Shown here: piece after piece, positions 12,750 to 25,414 of the stretch | Position numbering within the stretch: position 1 is the first letter of the stretch | Layout: each line of letters starts with the position of its first letter | Assembly (NCBI GenBank): GCA_963920595.1 | Contig: OY986950.1 | Location: 2,232,001-2,296,000 of the forward strand | Direction of reading: 5' to 3' | Length of the DNA stretch: 64,000 bases | Source of the DNA: Eimeria praecox | Lineage: Eukaryota | Position numbers and translations under genes: made by a program | The notes under the pieces: model-generated | The model's input: only the letters and a program-made list of their open reading frames with translations | The model's database searches: none | Told to the model about the DNA's origin: nothing

Positions 12750-15000
12750 TGGCTTTCAACATCTACCTGCTCCTCCGCAGTCAGTGTGCGAGCAAGTACC
12801 AATACGCGTACCAGCGTCGCCTACAGCTCGTTGCAGATAGAGTCAAAGACTTCAAGAATGAGTTCCCCGAACACATTTCACCTCCTCTTCAGCCTCCAAG
12901 AGCCTTGGGCACAGCTACCCAAGAGCCTGGTGATGGTGAGGACGCTGGCCAGCATGCCATACGCTGCAACGCACCTTACTGCAACTAGTACTGCAGCGCG
13001 ACCCCCACTCTACACACGGCCTGTCGTTCCTCTGCTGCATGCGCAAGCACTGTAGGATATAGTGTTGACGATTGTTAAACCCTTACCTGGCTCTTAGTAG
13101 GCGGCCTACACTGAAGTAGAAGTGCCTGTATCACCTCCGCGCAACACATCGTACAGTTGTAGCGTAGGGCTACACGCTACGTACCGCTCCGTCTGGCTTC
13201 GCAGCACAGAGCACGAACACTGCAACGACGATAGCGCAGCTGAAAAGTCTGATATCAAGCAAGCAACGAATTTAGCACTATGCATCGAAAGTGGGCCGCG
13301 CCCTTCTCTATCCTGTGAAGTTATGGAGCACTCGCCAGTCCCCAAGTATTAGGCGATCAGGGCGCTGGGACGACAAACCCCAAGTTGGGGTTTGTCGTCC
13401 CAGCGCCCTAATCGGCTACCGTCTTCCGCAAACGCTTCTCTCCTGGTTTCCTTTCTAGTTTGGAAACACGAGAACTGGCCTTCTTCCAGTTATGCAGCAA
13501 ACTGGGACCCAGCCACTGTCTCGGCTGGGTCAGAGTTTGCTGCATGCGGCAAGGACCACTCGTTGCATGTTTGGCCGGGGCTTTGCTGAACAATAGCCCA
13601 ACTCCGAGCACAGTTTCCTCAAGAGACCAGCGAAATTCCTTTCTTTTCATTGCCTCACGTACAGACCATCCACTGTATACCACGAATTCGTTGCAGCTGC
13701 TTTCAGTTTGTTAGTTGCCGTCGCCAATATGACTTACGGCTCAGGCACCGTGTTGCTGCCGATATTTCGGCGCACAATAATTGGTGTCTGTGGTCTTATT
13801 TCGGTTTATGTCACCATGGAACTCGCGGGGAAACCCATTTATGCCCAGGTCACGAACAAAATTAAGAACGTGAGACAAATCCCTTGGGGGGCTGCACATC
13901 CTGTTTTTGGCCATCATTGCTCTCTCGGCCCTCTACATGCAGTTTTTGCATAGCGTAGGAGTGCAGAGAAAGGCTAAGCTGTGGCACATCGATATTTCAA
14001 GGACCGGCGGCTTCGGGCATGAACCGGAACCTCAAGTGCCTCGCAGCGCCTCGTCTGCACTAATCCGGTTCCGAAGCAGCTACCTTGATTTAAACCCATA
14101 TAATTTTGATCTAAATGCTGGACGCAAGCACCATTTCCTCCCCGCTGGACTTCTTTCATGGTTGAAGTGTTTTCTGCGGAGCGCGCTGAGGGCTCACACG
14201 TTGCCTAGCATATGCTGGCATATGCTCGTGAAGATCCGTGTATGCAGTTTACTACTTGCATGTTTCCCTGCGTTGTTGTGTGAGCGCAGATGAGAAAGGA
14301 AGCATCGAGCGGGGGGCACGCTCCAGGAGGTCACTAGGACTTCGGAAGTGTTGCTCTTTTACCAGCGTATATGAAGTTGCTCCTCCTCGAGGTTGAAGTT
14401 CTCTTTCTCCCCTAACACTTCCCTCCTCATGCTGGAATGTGTTAGGCACCCCTGCGAACAAGGGTCCTGCTTGCTGCCGTCAGAGCCTCAGGGATGGCAA
14501 GCCGGTGGCCAGCCAACTGTGCCTCGTTTTATTTTAACATTACCCAAAATGGGAATTCATCTGCTGAACTGCAGCAGTGCATCTTCATACCCTTGTGTAA
14601 GCATGCACGTAACCCCAATTGTTGGCTGTTTGCAGTTGCCTCCAGCATGCGTATGAAGATGCAGTGGCTAAGGACGCAGGGTATACCACTTTGCATTGGA
14701 AGAATACGCGGACGATCGAATAGCCTTCGTCTGTCTCGTAGTCACTTATTCGGCCAGTCGCAATTGCATTTCAACTCTTTGTGTTCCTGTCTTAAGATGC
14801 TTAAAGATATTTGTAAAAAAGGGCGTTGGATGCTTGCAAGCGTATGGGAGGTGAATATTCTTCCTTCTGAGCAAAATCGCCAGCATCTGTTCCTCTAAGG
14901 ATTGCAGAGAGCATTCAGGATTTGTGCTCTACGTAGATTTGTTCGCGTGGTGAATTCCAGTCCAGTATACCATGTGAAGTAACTCATTCTGAAGCCAAAG
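12750..15000 (+). mobile_element. Third decayed Gypsy-like pol remnant, in the opposite orientation
   Basis: Plus strand, colinear: VKDFKNEFPEHISPPLQPPRAL (linker, ~12842-12907), TVGYSVDDC*TL (R.CVDYR.LN-like, ~13050), VGLHATYRSVWLRSTEHEH (LD...Y.Q-like, ~13165), IIGVCGL..LAGKPIY (thumb, ~13777-13843), SSALIRFRSSYLDLNPYNFDLNAGRKHHFLPAGLLS (RNase H end, ~14050-14158). Weaker integrase-like pieces continue to ~15000. Confidence 0.6.
13350..13418. repeat. Near-perfect 69-bp palindrome: 25-bp perfect core arms around a 1-nt centre, 34-bp arms with 2 mismatches
   Basis: AGGGCGCTGGGACGACAAACCCCAA-g-TTGGGGTTTGTCGTCCCAGCGCCCT (13359-13409), extended by TAGGCGATC and AATCGGCTA. Confidence 0.97.
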
Positions 15001-16643
15001 AAAGCCGGCAAGGCCGACGCATTCTTCGCAAAATTTGTAAACTTTCAACTGCGAAAATGAGTGTTTTGGCCTTTTTGTGGTTTGCTTTTCGTATTTGCGG
15101 GACATATATTGTTTTCGGCCTAGCTCACAATAGCGATCAACCGGAAACATAGTTGTTACTGGGTATCGGAATGTTCACATTTGTGCTTGTATGCACCGAT
15201 GAGCAGGGGAGTATGCACTGCGCATTCGGCTCCGCTACGCTTGGTCTGAATCGCAGCGTAGACGGTTACAAAGACTCAGGAAGATGCGTGCTTGAAGATG
15301 CCTAAGTGGTTCCTGTGGGTGCATACCAACTGAAAACCACCAGCCTGATTCTGTCGCAGGTGGCATGAAGCATGCGGAAGCAAATAAACCTGGAGTGCTT
15401 TTATTGTGCCTCGAGTATCAACGCGTGGAATGAGCCACCTCCTTTATTCGGCATTGCCAGAGGCGTTGATGGGCAATGTGTGGCTTATACGCACCCACAG
15501 GAACCACCTAGGCATGTTCAAGCACGCAAACACCCGAGCCTTTGTAATCAGGGGGGTTTCTGTGTTCATACAGCTGCAGAGTGCTGGGGCAGTATGCCGA
15601 CTAGTCTCCTCGTCACCCCAGCTGCCTGAGTTGGTCCTCCCAAGACCAGCAAAAAGAGAACAGGGGCACTATGGACCTTTTTAACGGTCAGGAAACTGAA
15701 CCCGCACTTTTCGAGCTATGAAACCAGTTACATGTCTTTCCCAGGCCATTTGAGGGCGCATGCGTGGAAATTTTCATGCGGAGGGTGCTCATTGCTGTTA
15801 TGTAGATAGACCCACAGAGCGTCTCTATTTAAAGTGGTATTCATTGATGCGATACACTTCTGATTTCGTGCTCGCCACTGTTCAGCAAATTCGGTGTAGG
15901 ATATAGGCAACCAGTTGACCATTGGGTTGTAGGTGCATTTCTCGTTTATGGTGCTCCTCTAGCCCTTCCTAACCCATGCAGTGTTTCTTCTGATGGTGTT
16001 TGTACTCAACTGAATGTATGTGATGTGCTCTTCGCCAGAGCGGGAAGAGAGGGGAAAAACCATAGGGAGCTCCTTGCGGAGGGAGCGGCAGGAAGCCGTA
16101 TGGCAGGTAACTCTCGCTTTCAAGCAGTGCGCCTTTTTGAAACGTGTCTCATACTGTAAAAAGAAAACAATTACATGTTTCGGGACTAGGAATTGGGGTT
16201 TCAGTTAAGGGTTTAAGGCATGCCATTGGCCCCAGGTGCCAGTCCAGCGTCGGCCGCGCAAACCAGACACGAAACTCCCCCTGGCAAGGGTCTGCATTAA
16301 ATGTTCTGCTACAGCTGTGTCCAGTTGACTTTTGCAAAAATACGGGTAGGAGAGTAGGGATCAGTGCCTTGGGCTCAGGTTATGGAATGAATGTACGATT
16401 TGGCTTAGCGTTTCCGACTGACCGACCTCCCGACTGCGAAGCGGAGGGTCACAGCCAGCCTCTTCTTAGCGATCGGCCTTCCTTTTCACAAAAACTCCCT
16501 TACTGAATAAATATATGGCTTCAAGGTATAGGACATCGTAATTAGGACAGGATTTTCGGGCGAACAACGGCAGCTGGTCACTGCATCCTAGTGCCGCTTG
16601 TCCTGTAGGCACACTGCAAGCTGAACATAAGAACACACTCGGA

Positions 16644-19600
16644 ATGCAAATGGACAGGCACATAACCCAGCAGCAGCCTCTGCTGCAGACTCAGCAGCAA
16701 CAACAAAACCAGCACCCGCGTCAGCAACAACAGCAGCAACCCAACCACCCTCAGCGGCAGCATCAACAGCATACAATTCAGCAGCAACAGCAAAACCATC
16801 ACCAGCATCAGCAGGAAGAACAGCACCAACGGATAGCGGTGCAAAAAGAGGCTGCTGCCCTCTCCCACAGAGCAGCGAGTTTGCCTCCCTCCATCAGGCA
16901 GGCGTCACCTCGCGTTTCAGTGCAAAGCATTCCCAACCACATTCAACTGCAGCATAACCAGCAAGTCCACCATCAGCAGTCACAGCAGCTCGTTCACCAG
17001 CAGCTAAACGACAACGGTTGTCCCATGAGGCCCTTGCAGACGCAGCAGGAACAACAGCAGCAGCTCTTGCTTGCTGAACACCACAGACAGCAAATGGCGG
17101 ACTTTCAAAAGGCGGAATTCGTGGGGGGCCCGTATTTAACTGGCACAGCACCAGGGCCGTCGCGCTGTGCTGAGATGCTGCGTGGGCCCTCCCCCAGCTA
17201 TTCGAACCCCCCTGTATACCCTTCCTTTCCACTGCCAAGTGTGACACCTTCAACTCTGCAGCAGCAGTGGCAGCAGCAGCAGCAGTGGCAGCAGCAGCAG
17301 CAATGGTTGCAGCAGCAATGGCATCAGCAGCAGGCGATGCAGATGCACCAGCAACTAAGGCCCCTCTATGCAGCCCCGGCGTTTGCTGAGCCTATGAAGG
17401 CGCCCAGTTCGACGGTATGCCCCCAGCATGTATCCAGGGTTTCTAATGTGTAGGCTTTGCGACTAGCGTTCAGCATTTCCTGTGTTGCGGCCTCTGTTCA
17501 GCTGCGTCCGACCCAGCTGCTCCCTATGAGGCTGTTAGGTGACCTACGGCTCTACGTACCCCACCGGGAGCCCTTTCTCGGTGAAGGCGGGTAGGCCTCT
17601 CATTTGTTGAAAGTTTCATGGTTAGAGTGTGGCTCTATGCGCTCCATCCAGAAATCGTCTCATTTTCATCGTTGTGGCATCAGCTCCTTCCTGCCCTTCT
17701 TATTTGCGTTTGTTCTCTCCAGAAGCGTGCACATGTATCTTTTGGGCAAGCAGGTCAAGCATTCTGTGGCAACAGACGAGGCGGAGGAGTGCACCAGAGA
17801 TGTCTTGGCCCTCATTGAAGCCCGGGAGGTCCCCGCAGACAGCACAATGCCTCTCCTCATTCACGACGTGCGTACTGTCCTATACCTTTCCCAAACAGAA
17901 CGTTGCCAAAAGCTCCTGCGTAAAGCGTAAAGCTGAAGCCTGAGGGGTTTTAGATATTGAAGTGGGGTTCTATATCCGCGAAAATTTCCGTCACCTTTCC
18001 ATAGTTGGTGAAAGCAAGGAGCTGCCTTAGGTATCAAATGCAAATGAATGGCTTGATGCGATGGTGAACGGGTTATGGCTTAAGATTTGGAGGCTCCATT
18101 GCACAGCCCCATCCCCTCCTGCTGCGCTTACTGTGTGCAACTGGTGCGTGTCAGGACCGTGTGGTCTGCGGGGGCCCTGAGGTCTGTCTTCGGTATTTGG
18201 CCAAAAAGCTCGGACAGTACGGTAGCGACCATCTCAAGGACGCACTGCAGGACAGGCTGGTAGGCGCCCCTCGCTTGTGCTGCTACCTGTTCCTGTCCTG
18301 CCGAGAGTACCAGATTACAAGTTGTTGCTAAGGCTGCTGCCAAGGTTTTTCTATGAGGAGAACTACTAGTGCTCCGCGCTGGATCCCTTACTTTTGCATG
18401 TAACCTTTGTTCGCTGCAGCTGATGGACCTAAATACTTGGTTTAATGTTCAGCAGGCAGCTATTCAGTCCATCCTCTCCCCAGACTCGATGGCTAAGGAC
18501 GCTGTCAGCGACTACCTGAAGGTGGGTTGAGAGTGGGGAATGAACATGCACTGCGAGCGCAGCAGTAGCAGCACCAGAAAGAGCAGCAGTAGCGGACCAA
18601 CAATGCTGCCGGCTGTGGCGCTGTCTGTCGCAGAGTCGGCGCCATTTCTACGTAGAGGCCGAAAAACTTTTGTCGTTTTTCAACAAGAAATATGCATGCG
18701 CAGCGCAGCCGGGACTCGATGCCTCATTAAGGGCCCCCACCGTTGCGCTTGACGCCTCCATAAGGGGACCAATGGCCAAAAGGCTGCAGCCCTTCTTCCT
18801 TGGGGAGGAGGACTCCCTCGCAGACTATTTTCTCTTCTCGCTTATTGATGACGACCAACGGATTGCCGAGTGTCTTATCAGTAGCAGCAGCAGCAGCGAG
18901 GCAACTTCCAATGGAGAACGGAAGCAACAGCAACACCAGCAGCAAGCAGACTCTGAAACATCAGAGGTGGAGATGCACTACTTCAATGAAACACCTCACT
19001 TGCACGCCCTTTACGTGGCTTTGCTGAACCTTCCCCTTATACAGGAGGCGCTGCTCTCGAGCGACAACCAGGACGCAGCAGCAGAAGCAACGCCAGGGAC
19101 GGCTGCGGCAGCAGCACAAGAAGAGAGAAGCCCAGATACTACAGGAGGAACAAAGGACCGGATGGCCCCTTGCGTTGCTACGGAAGCCTCCACTGCTGCC
19201 TCTGTTAGCGACTCCCCACTGCAGCACCTGCAGCGGCAGCAGCTGCTGCAGCTGCAGCAGCAGCAACTAAAGCAGCTGCAACAGCTGGGTAAGTCAAAAA
19301 CGATGCTCACAGCGGCCCTCAGCGGAGCCTTTCCAGTCTATTAGCTTCACCTCGTAACTATTTTCATTTGCAACGCGTAGTCCCCCGCAGCATCCAGTTC
19401 TTTCAGAAGCCAATACACTGACATATACTGCGGTTTCCTGGGCCCGCGTATGGTGTTTTTGTGTGCAATGGAGAAAAGTCCCTGCCTAGTTAGCAGTCAG
19501 ATGCATGACTGGGTTCCGTTTTGTTTAGGGTTTTTTGCCGGAATGCCCTTCACTTGTCTGCAGGCCTCACGGGCTCTCTCCTTCAGTGTGGAGAAGGGCC

Positions 19601-20099
19601 CCAAGCTTACTTCCTACCGCCAGTGGGGGGCAGCTACTGCCTGCCTCGGACCCCTGCAGCTGCTGCAGCGCTGCACACCACGCTGCCCGGGGGAATCTCA
19701 GGGGGGGTCATTGGGCTCCCATGCGCCTTTGCCAGCGGTGCTGGCTATGTGCAACATATGCTGCCTCCGCAGGCTACAGCAACAACAGCAGCAGGGGCCC
19801 CCTACGCTGGGACGTGCACGGGTGCCCCGTGCTTCTGGCAACCCCTGACACCTGGTGGACCGGCGCACCGCCAGCAGTGCGTACAGAGAGCAGACTGCAA
19901 CCTTTACACACCCCTAAATCCTGGTACTGGCCATGCACAGCAACAGCAGCTTTTGCAGCAGCTCCAGCAGCATGGAGCCCAGAAAGGGCCAGGTATGCAT
20001 CATGTGCAGCAACCGGCGCAGCACGTCAGCACGAATCCACTCCACGGCCCTTCACCACAGGTAGTTGTTGGTGGCGACCCTGGAGGACCAGCCAAATGA
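16644..20099 (+). CDS. Glutathione S-transferase-fold protein with polyQ/Pro-rich N- and C-terminal extensions (7 exons)
   Basis: Phase-consistent GT-AG model: 16644-17414, 17502-17590, 17723-17867, 18155-18259, 18420-18521, 18634-19288, 19564-20099. The spliced product has GST-N-like LRLY..GGSVHMYLLGKQV..TMPLLIHDDRVVCGGPEVCLRYLAKKLGQYGSD and GST-C-like PFFLGEEDSLADYFLFSLID..TPHLHALYVALLNLPLIQEAL. Confidence 0.8.
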
Positions 20100-20767
20100 A
20101 TTCGGGCCTATTCAGCAGCAGCAGCAAAAGCAGGGAGGCAGTACTCGTTGTTAGCTGACTGCGTCATGCCTCAATTACACTGGTCCTTCCGACCCTGCGT
20201 CCTGAGATGAACACTGATATGTGATTGCCATGGCTTCGACAAGCTGCGGCTCCCCTTCTTATTGTGAGGCACCAAGTCTCTTTAGGCGTGTCTCCACGGC
20301 CTCTTGTTGTCTCTCGTTGCATTGTGTCCTATACGTTTGGCTTTTTCAACAATAGAAAGACATCCGCAAGCCTCCTAGGCATCACTCTTGAATCCTGTTA
20401 CACTAATCTTATCGTCCCTCGTAAGCATTAGTAACGTTAGTTCATGGGCAACGAAGATGATTAGTAAAACTAAGAAGCCATACATCGCCGCTTTGGCAAG
20501 TACTTTCAGCGGCCTTCCCTCGACACACTAGCCCAATGGCCGCTAACAGCCAGGTTGCAGCAAGCCAAGGCAGCGGAGCGACAAAAAGAAACAAATCAGC
20601 CAGCTACTGCTGCTGGTCGCCAGTCGCCCTCAGCATGTTTGGCTACTGGCTATTCTCCGGTAGCCCAGCACTGTCTCATCTGAGCATGCACCAGCAGGTC
20701 CTTCAGTCACAAAGCATGGGTAAATCCCAATAACAAACTGCAGTCTCGCGCGAGAGCATCAAGGCCA

Positions 20768-23700
20768 CTACTTGTCCAGAGGCGCATAAGGCCCCGTGAG
20801 TAGTTCGTCAGGCGGAGGCGCGAAGGAGAGGCGGTTGGGGCCCCGTCGCTCCGGAGAAGCAGAGCTGCAGCAGCAACGCCCAATTATGACTCATTTGATA
20901 GTGGGCAGACAAGCACAGCAACCGCAGATTTGATGAGGTAGTCAAATGTGCGCACACGGCTGCGCAACAGAATAAAGAATCACGGCAGCACCCCAACGGC
21001 AAGCAGGCCTTCTATTGGGTTGCTGCTATCGCAAAAGTACCTTCACGATCATCACAACAATCATCACCATGCTCTTATACGAAGCAAGCAAGGGTATATG
21101 TCAGGAGGCAAGGCGTGCAGGCCTGGGCCTCACCGTGATCTCTGCCCTCTCTTCTTGCGTCTTTCTTCTGCTTCTTTGCGTCTCCGCATCATCTCGGCTT
21201 CGTCCGGCATCGCAGACTGCCAGAAGGAGGCGGATGCCGCTCCCCTGATGTCTTGGCCGGGGGAAGGGCTGAGATGCGGAAATTGCAGGAGACAGCTTCA
21301 GAGATACGGTATGCATATACACATACTGCACAAGCACTTAAATAGCAGCCCTTCTCCGTATTCTTCTAGAGATCTAATGGGCTGATTGCATGTGCTGCTT
21401 CGGCTGGTTATCCTGCATATTGATTAATAACCAGCGCCACGCGAAAAAAAATCACGATATGCAACCCAGTGGCTCGACTGCGATATTCTGTCGCACAGCA
21501 TCAAATATCGAGGCACAGCCAGCAGCAGCAAGAGAAGCTGCGCGAACACCAGGCATTTTTGTTGCAACGCAGTAAAGACTAACCCGTAGGGCGACTGCAA
21601 CACAAGCAGCGCAAGCCACGCAAAAGATATGAAATTACTGCAGCGGTCAAATATTCACACTGAATATAGGGAACGTACTTCAAGGCTACTTAGCAGTTAG
21701 GTTTATGGATCGGAACTTCGGTTGTGCAACTCACCTCTCGCCATCCTCCCCTGTGGCCTGTTGGAGCTGCAAGGGACACAAACAACAGCAATCTGCATGC
21801 GCTTCAAAATGCAAGCGTTTAAGGCCCACATATACCATCTCCCCTCGCCCGCATCATGGGTCGTCCTCTCTGTGGGTTTGCTCTACGCTTTAACTCCTAG
21901 CATCTAGTACACCTAAGGGTCGTCCCCAAGCTTTTCTGTGTATATTCCCGGATGCGCTCAGCACCAGACACTCGACAGATTTGTCTGCGTGTGACTGTAG
22001 CCGCGCCAGCGGCTGATCGTGGAGGCCGGCGGGGCCGTTGATTTTAGGCTTAGGGATGAGGGTTTACAGGTATCTCGTGTGAATCCATGAGCGTTGTGCT
22101 GTCTCCAGGCCTCCTCAATGCAGACTAGTCTCCATCGCAGCAGTCGCAGGGCCTTCTCAGTAGCCCCTTGGGTGCAGGCCCTGGCGGCATAGCGCAGCCT
22201 CGTCCTCTCTCCCCCGCCATGGGCGTACCCTTTGTCAAACACAATTCAAACCACAAAACTTCCGGTCTGGGTTCACAGGATGCCACTCGCACGGCCGAAG
22301 CCTCGACAACTCAGCAAATCAAGATGCTCAACAAGGCAAAGCTGTAAATCCCCCACAGCCCAGCGCCCTTCAGCCGAAAGCGAAGATCTGTCTCTGCACA
22401 TGTAGGGGCAGCATCAGATCTGAAATGAGTCTGAGCGCAAAATTGTGGTTGCTCGGTCGGCGTGTTATGCAAGCCCAGGAGCTTTCTAGGGCTGTTTTGT
22501 TTAGGTTTACAGTTTAAGTGTCACCTTGCGGTTGGTCGGGTTCGATGTCTATCAGGGCCCCCGTGCGCTGGCAAACGTCCTTAAGGAATTCGTCCTGCAG
22601 ATATAACAGCTCACTCAAACCCTTCAAATGCAAGCCCTTACACCTAAACCAAAGTTGCTACGCGGCGGCGCTTGCTCTCCTGACAGTGGCCCTTCTGGAA
22701 GTCAATGACCGTCCTCAGTATCCCCCGCCACACCCTCAGCAAACCTCAATCCAAGCCAGCCAGCACAGTGTACCGACCCCCAGGAAACGCAATAGCCCCT
22801 TCCAACTCCTGGATGAGGAGTGTGAAACGTAAGCACAAACTGAGGAGCACGTGAACTTGGAAAGCAACTAGCAGCCGATCCCCCTTCCTCCGCGCCCCTC
22901 TCAAAAAGTACAAGGGAACCAAAAGAAGGAAGCAGAAGCCTCAGACGTGGCTTCATAATGCTTACATCTTCTCCTGCCATGGCTGTCGCACAGTCGAAAG
23001 TCTCGTCATCTGCTGCGTCTGCAGGGGCTGGGAGGTACTGAGGGGGACCCAACAAGCTCCCTGAGAGGATATGCATATGAAATAATAGGGAGTGCAAGGT
23101 CCTGTGTTTATGGCTAGGAATTTGGGGTTAGACTGCACCTGAAAATGGAGAAGGGGCTCACATGCAGCAACAGCTCCTCTGTACACAGTTTCCTGGTCTT
23201 CCCCGACAACTCTAACATACATCCCTTGAGGCGTTTGCTGCTGCTGCGGTTGATGCTGCTGCTGCAACAGAGACCCGCGAAGGACAAAGCCTGCCCCTGT
23301 GCGGCGCCTCAAAGACGCGATGACCTCTACGTGCTGCAGCTGCTGCCACGCATCTGGGCTTGCTGCAGTAACCCCACAAACTCCAGACTGTAGTGGCAGG
23401 TCCAAGACCCAAACTCCATTCTCCAGCTGTCTCTGCAACACAACAGCACTATCGGCAAAGCAGGTTCACCTGCAATAACAGCAGCGACGGCAGTAACGTC
23501 ACCTTTATCCCACTTGGTGGCTGCTGCTGCTGTGCTGCGTCAGCTGCTGCAACAAGACAGCGGCAAGCAGGCTTAAGGCCCATCAACCCTCAGGCAAAGG
23601 TCCGGTCTGTCCTACTGCCGTCTTTTTGATGTCTGCCCCCAACAGATCCGGGTCCCTCAAGTCTGGTTTGGGGATGGCTGCGCAGACGGTGGCCATCGCG

Positions 23701-24333
23701 CGCACTGCCGCCTTGCGGGCTCGCTGTTGCATCAACTGTGCATACACCCAAAGCCACAAAACCGTTGCGTCGCGACAGCAACAAGCTGTATCAAAAGTGC
23801 ATACCGCTACTAATTCTACCGCCACTGTTGCCCCTGCTGTTGTTGTCCTGCACCTGTTTCTGCTGTGCTGCAATGGCGGCTGCAGCGTCAACTGAATTCC
23901 AGGATCCTTCGCTTCTACCGGGCACTGGCAGGATATGGGGTGGCTGCTTGTCTGTTGCACCATGAGCGCCTCCCTGTTCAAAGGAATTGGCTCCCCTGGG
24001 GGAGACATGATGAAGACCCCCTCTGTTTCCAGGTGGAGGAGGGCCTTGGGAGAACCCTGACTCATGGGGGACCCCGTAGTCAAAGTTGGAAGGCCCCCTG
24101 GGCGAGATGTGGCTGGTCCTCGAGGCAGACGCAGAGGGGGGCCTGTGAGAGAATCCTGAGTTTGAGGTGGATGGAGGGGGCCCCACAGGGGCCGGGGGCA
24201 CCGGAGGTGTTGAGAGGCCGCCTTTAGACCGCGCGAGAGACGCAGCGATCGCCTGGGCCCGCTGGATGGACTCGGCGATGGAGGGATCTGGAGCCGGCGA
24301 CGAGCCACCTCCCCCTGAGCCCGAACCTGACAT
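20768..24333 (-). CDS. Multi-exon KH-domain RNA-binding protein, KHDC4/RIK-like
   Basis: Exon 1 24333-23805 (SIQRAQAIAASL, Pro/Gly-rich) and exon 2 23662-23616. Next exon gives RQLENGVWVLDLPL..LQHVEVIASLRRRTGAGFVLRG..MYVRVVGEDQETVYRG (degenerate KH1). Later pieces give FLKDVCQRTGALIDIEP..ATEKALRLLRWRL (KH2-like) and EAEMMRRRKEAEERRKKR. Probable last exon ends ..TGPYAPLDK* at 20768. Internal exon boundaries only partly resolved. Confidence 0.55.
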
Positions 24334-24716
24334 TCCTAAAAGGCAAACCCGTAACCCTACGCCCTAGCTTCACTCTTGAGCCTCACCCCAAAGCCCCTGG
24401 TAAGCCGGGCCAACTAAAACCACGGCCCTGGTGGCTGCCGCGGAAGAAAATATCGAGAAACAGCAAGTATATCCTAGATCCACACAGGAAGCACCACCTC
24501 CAACACGCTCTAGGCAATACGGTGTACAGACCGACAACCGAGTCCTTTGAAGGCGAGTGGTCGCATTCGCTGGGAGCGCACCCAGACTACTTCGCCCCTA
24601 CAAGTACTCTAGTAAGAGATAATGAAAAAAATGCAATTAGCCTTTCTGCTAACCGCCAGGGCATTAATTTTGGGGTTGACTTGGAGCCCATTATCGGCTC
24701 GCCACGACGCCCGAGT

Positions 24717-24724
24717 TGCATGCA
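24717..24724. promoter_or_regulatory. TGCATGCA octamer upstream of the KH gene; further copies at 11247, 11569, 25299 and 40809
   Basis: Exact match to the palindromic octamer known to be over-represented in apicomplexan non-coding DNA. Function at this site is unproven. Confidence 0.35.
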
Positions 24725-25136
24725 GCCCCAGCCGGTGTCCCATTAACGACTAATCGCAGGAAGTCGAGGGTCCGTTGCCTTAACTAGAGCGCATGTCTCT
24801 TCACATTTGAACGCAATGGAAACAACTATGCCCCGTTCCCAGACCTTGCGGCGTCACTATAAACCATGAAGCCCTGCAGCTGCCTCAAACGCTATGCTCG
24901 GCTTTGCGTGGACGGTAGAACTTGCTCAGGTTAGTAGAAGGTAGTCTGCCAAGGCCCCCCGGCCCCCCGCTTCCCATCCCAAATGATTAGGATGGCATGC
25001 ATGCGCGTGTGCACTTCCGTTAAAGGGTGGTAACCTGCAACGAGCGGCCTTAGCCCTTCCTCATCAGGTTATTCAACAGGCTATTGGGCTAACATTTGCC
25101 AGTACGAAGTAATGTGCCCTTCTTACTGGTGGGCTC

Positions 25137-25137
<1 letters not shown>

Positions 25138-25189
<52 letters not shown>
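25138..25189. repeat. (TA)n microsatellite, ~26 units
   Basis: Direct reading; intergenic between the KH gene start and the AP2 gene end. Confidence 0.98.
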
Positions 25190-25192
<3 letters not shown>

Positions 25193-25414
25193 TTGAATGA
25201 GTGCATATGGCTAGGTCAGTTTTTAGTGTGTTGTTCTACATGCCCGCTAGCCAAGAGGATCGTCTCTCCTGCCTCTAGGTCTTTCAAAGTGCCCGCGCTG
25301 CATGCAAATTGCCTCAGGAAAACCGGCGTCTGTTAGCGTATTCTTTGCTGAAGTGTATGTAACGCTGTACAAAGGAGCGCTTGACGCGCATGAAGCTCCG
25401 AGCCTCAGCCAGCC

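Noticed and set aside
25112..25336. ORF with a YIYIYI repeat
   Set aside because: Translation of the (TA)n microsatellite.
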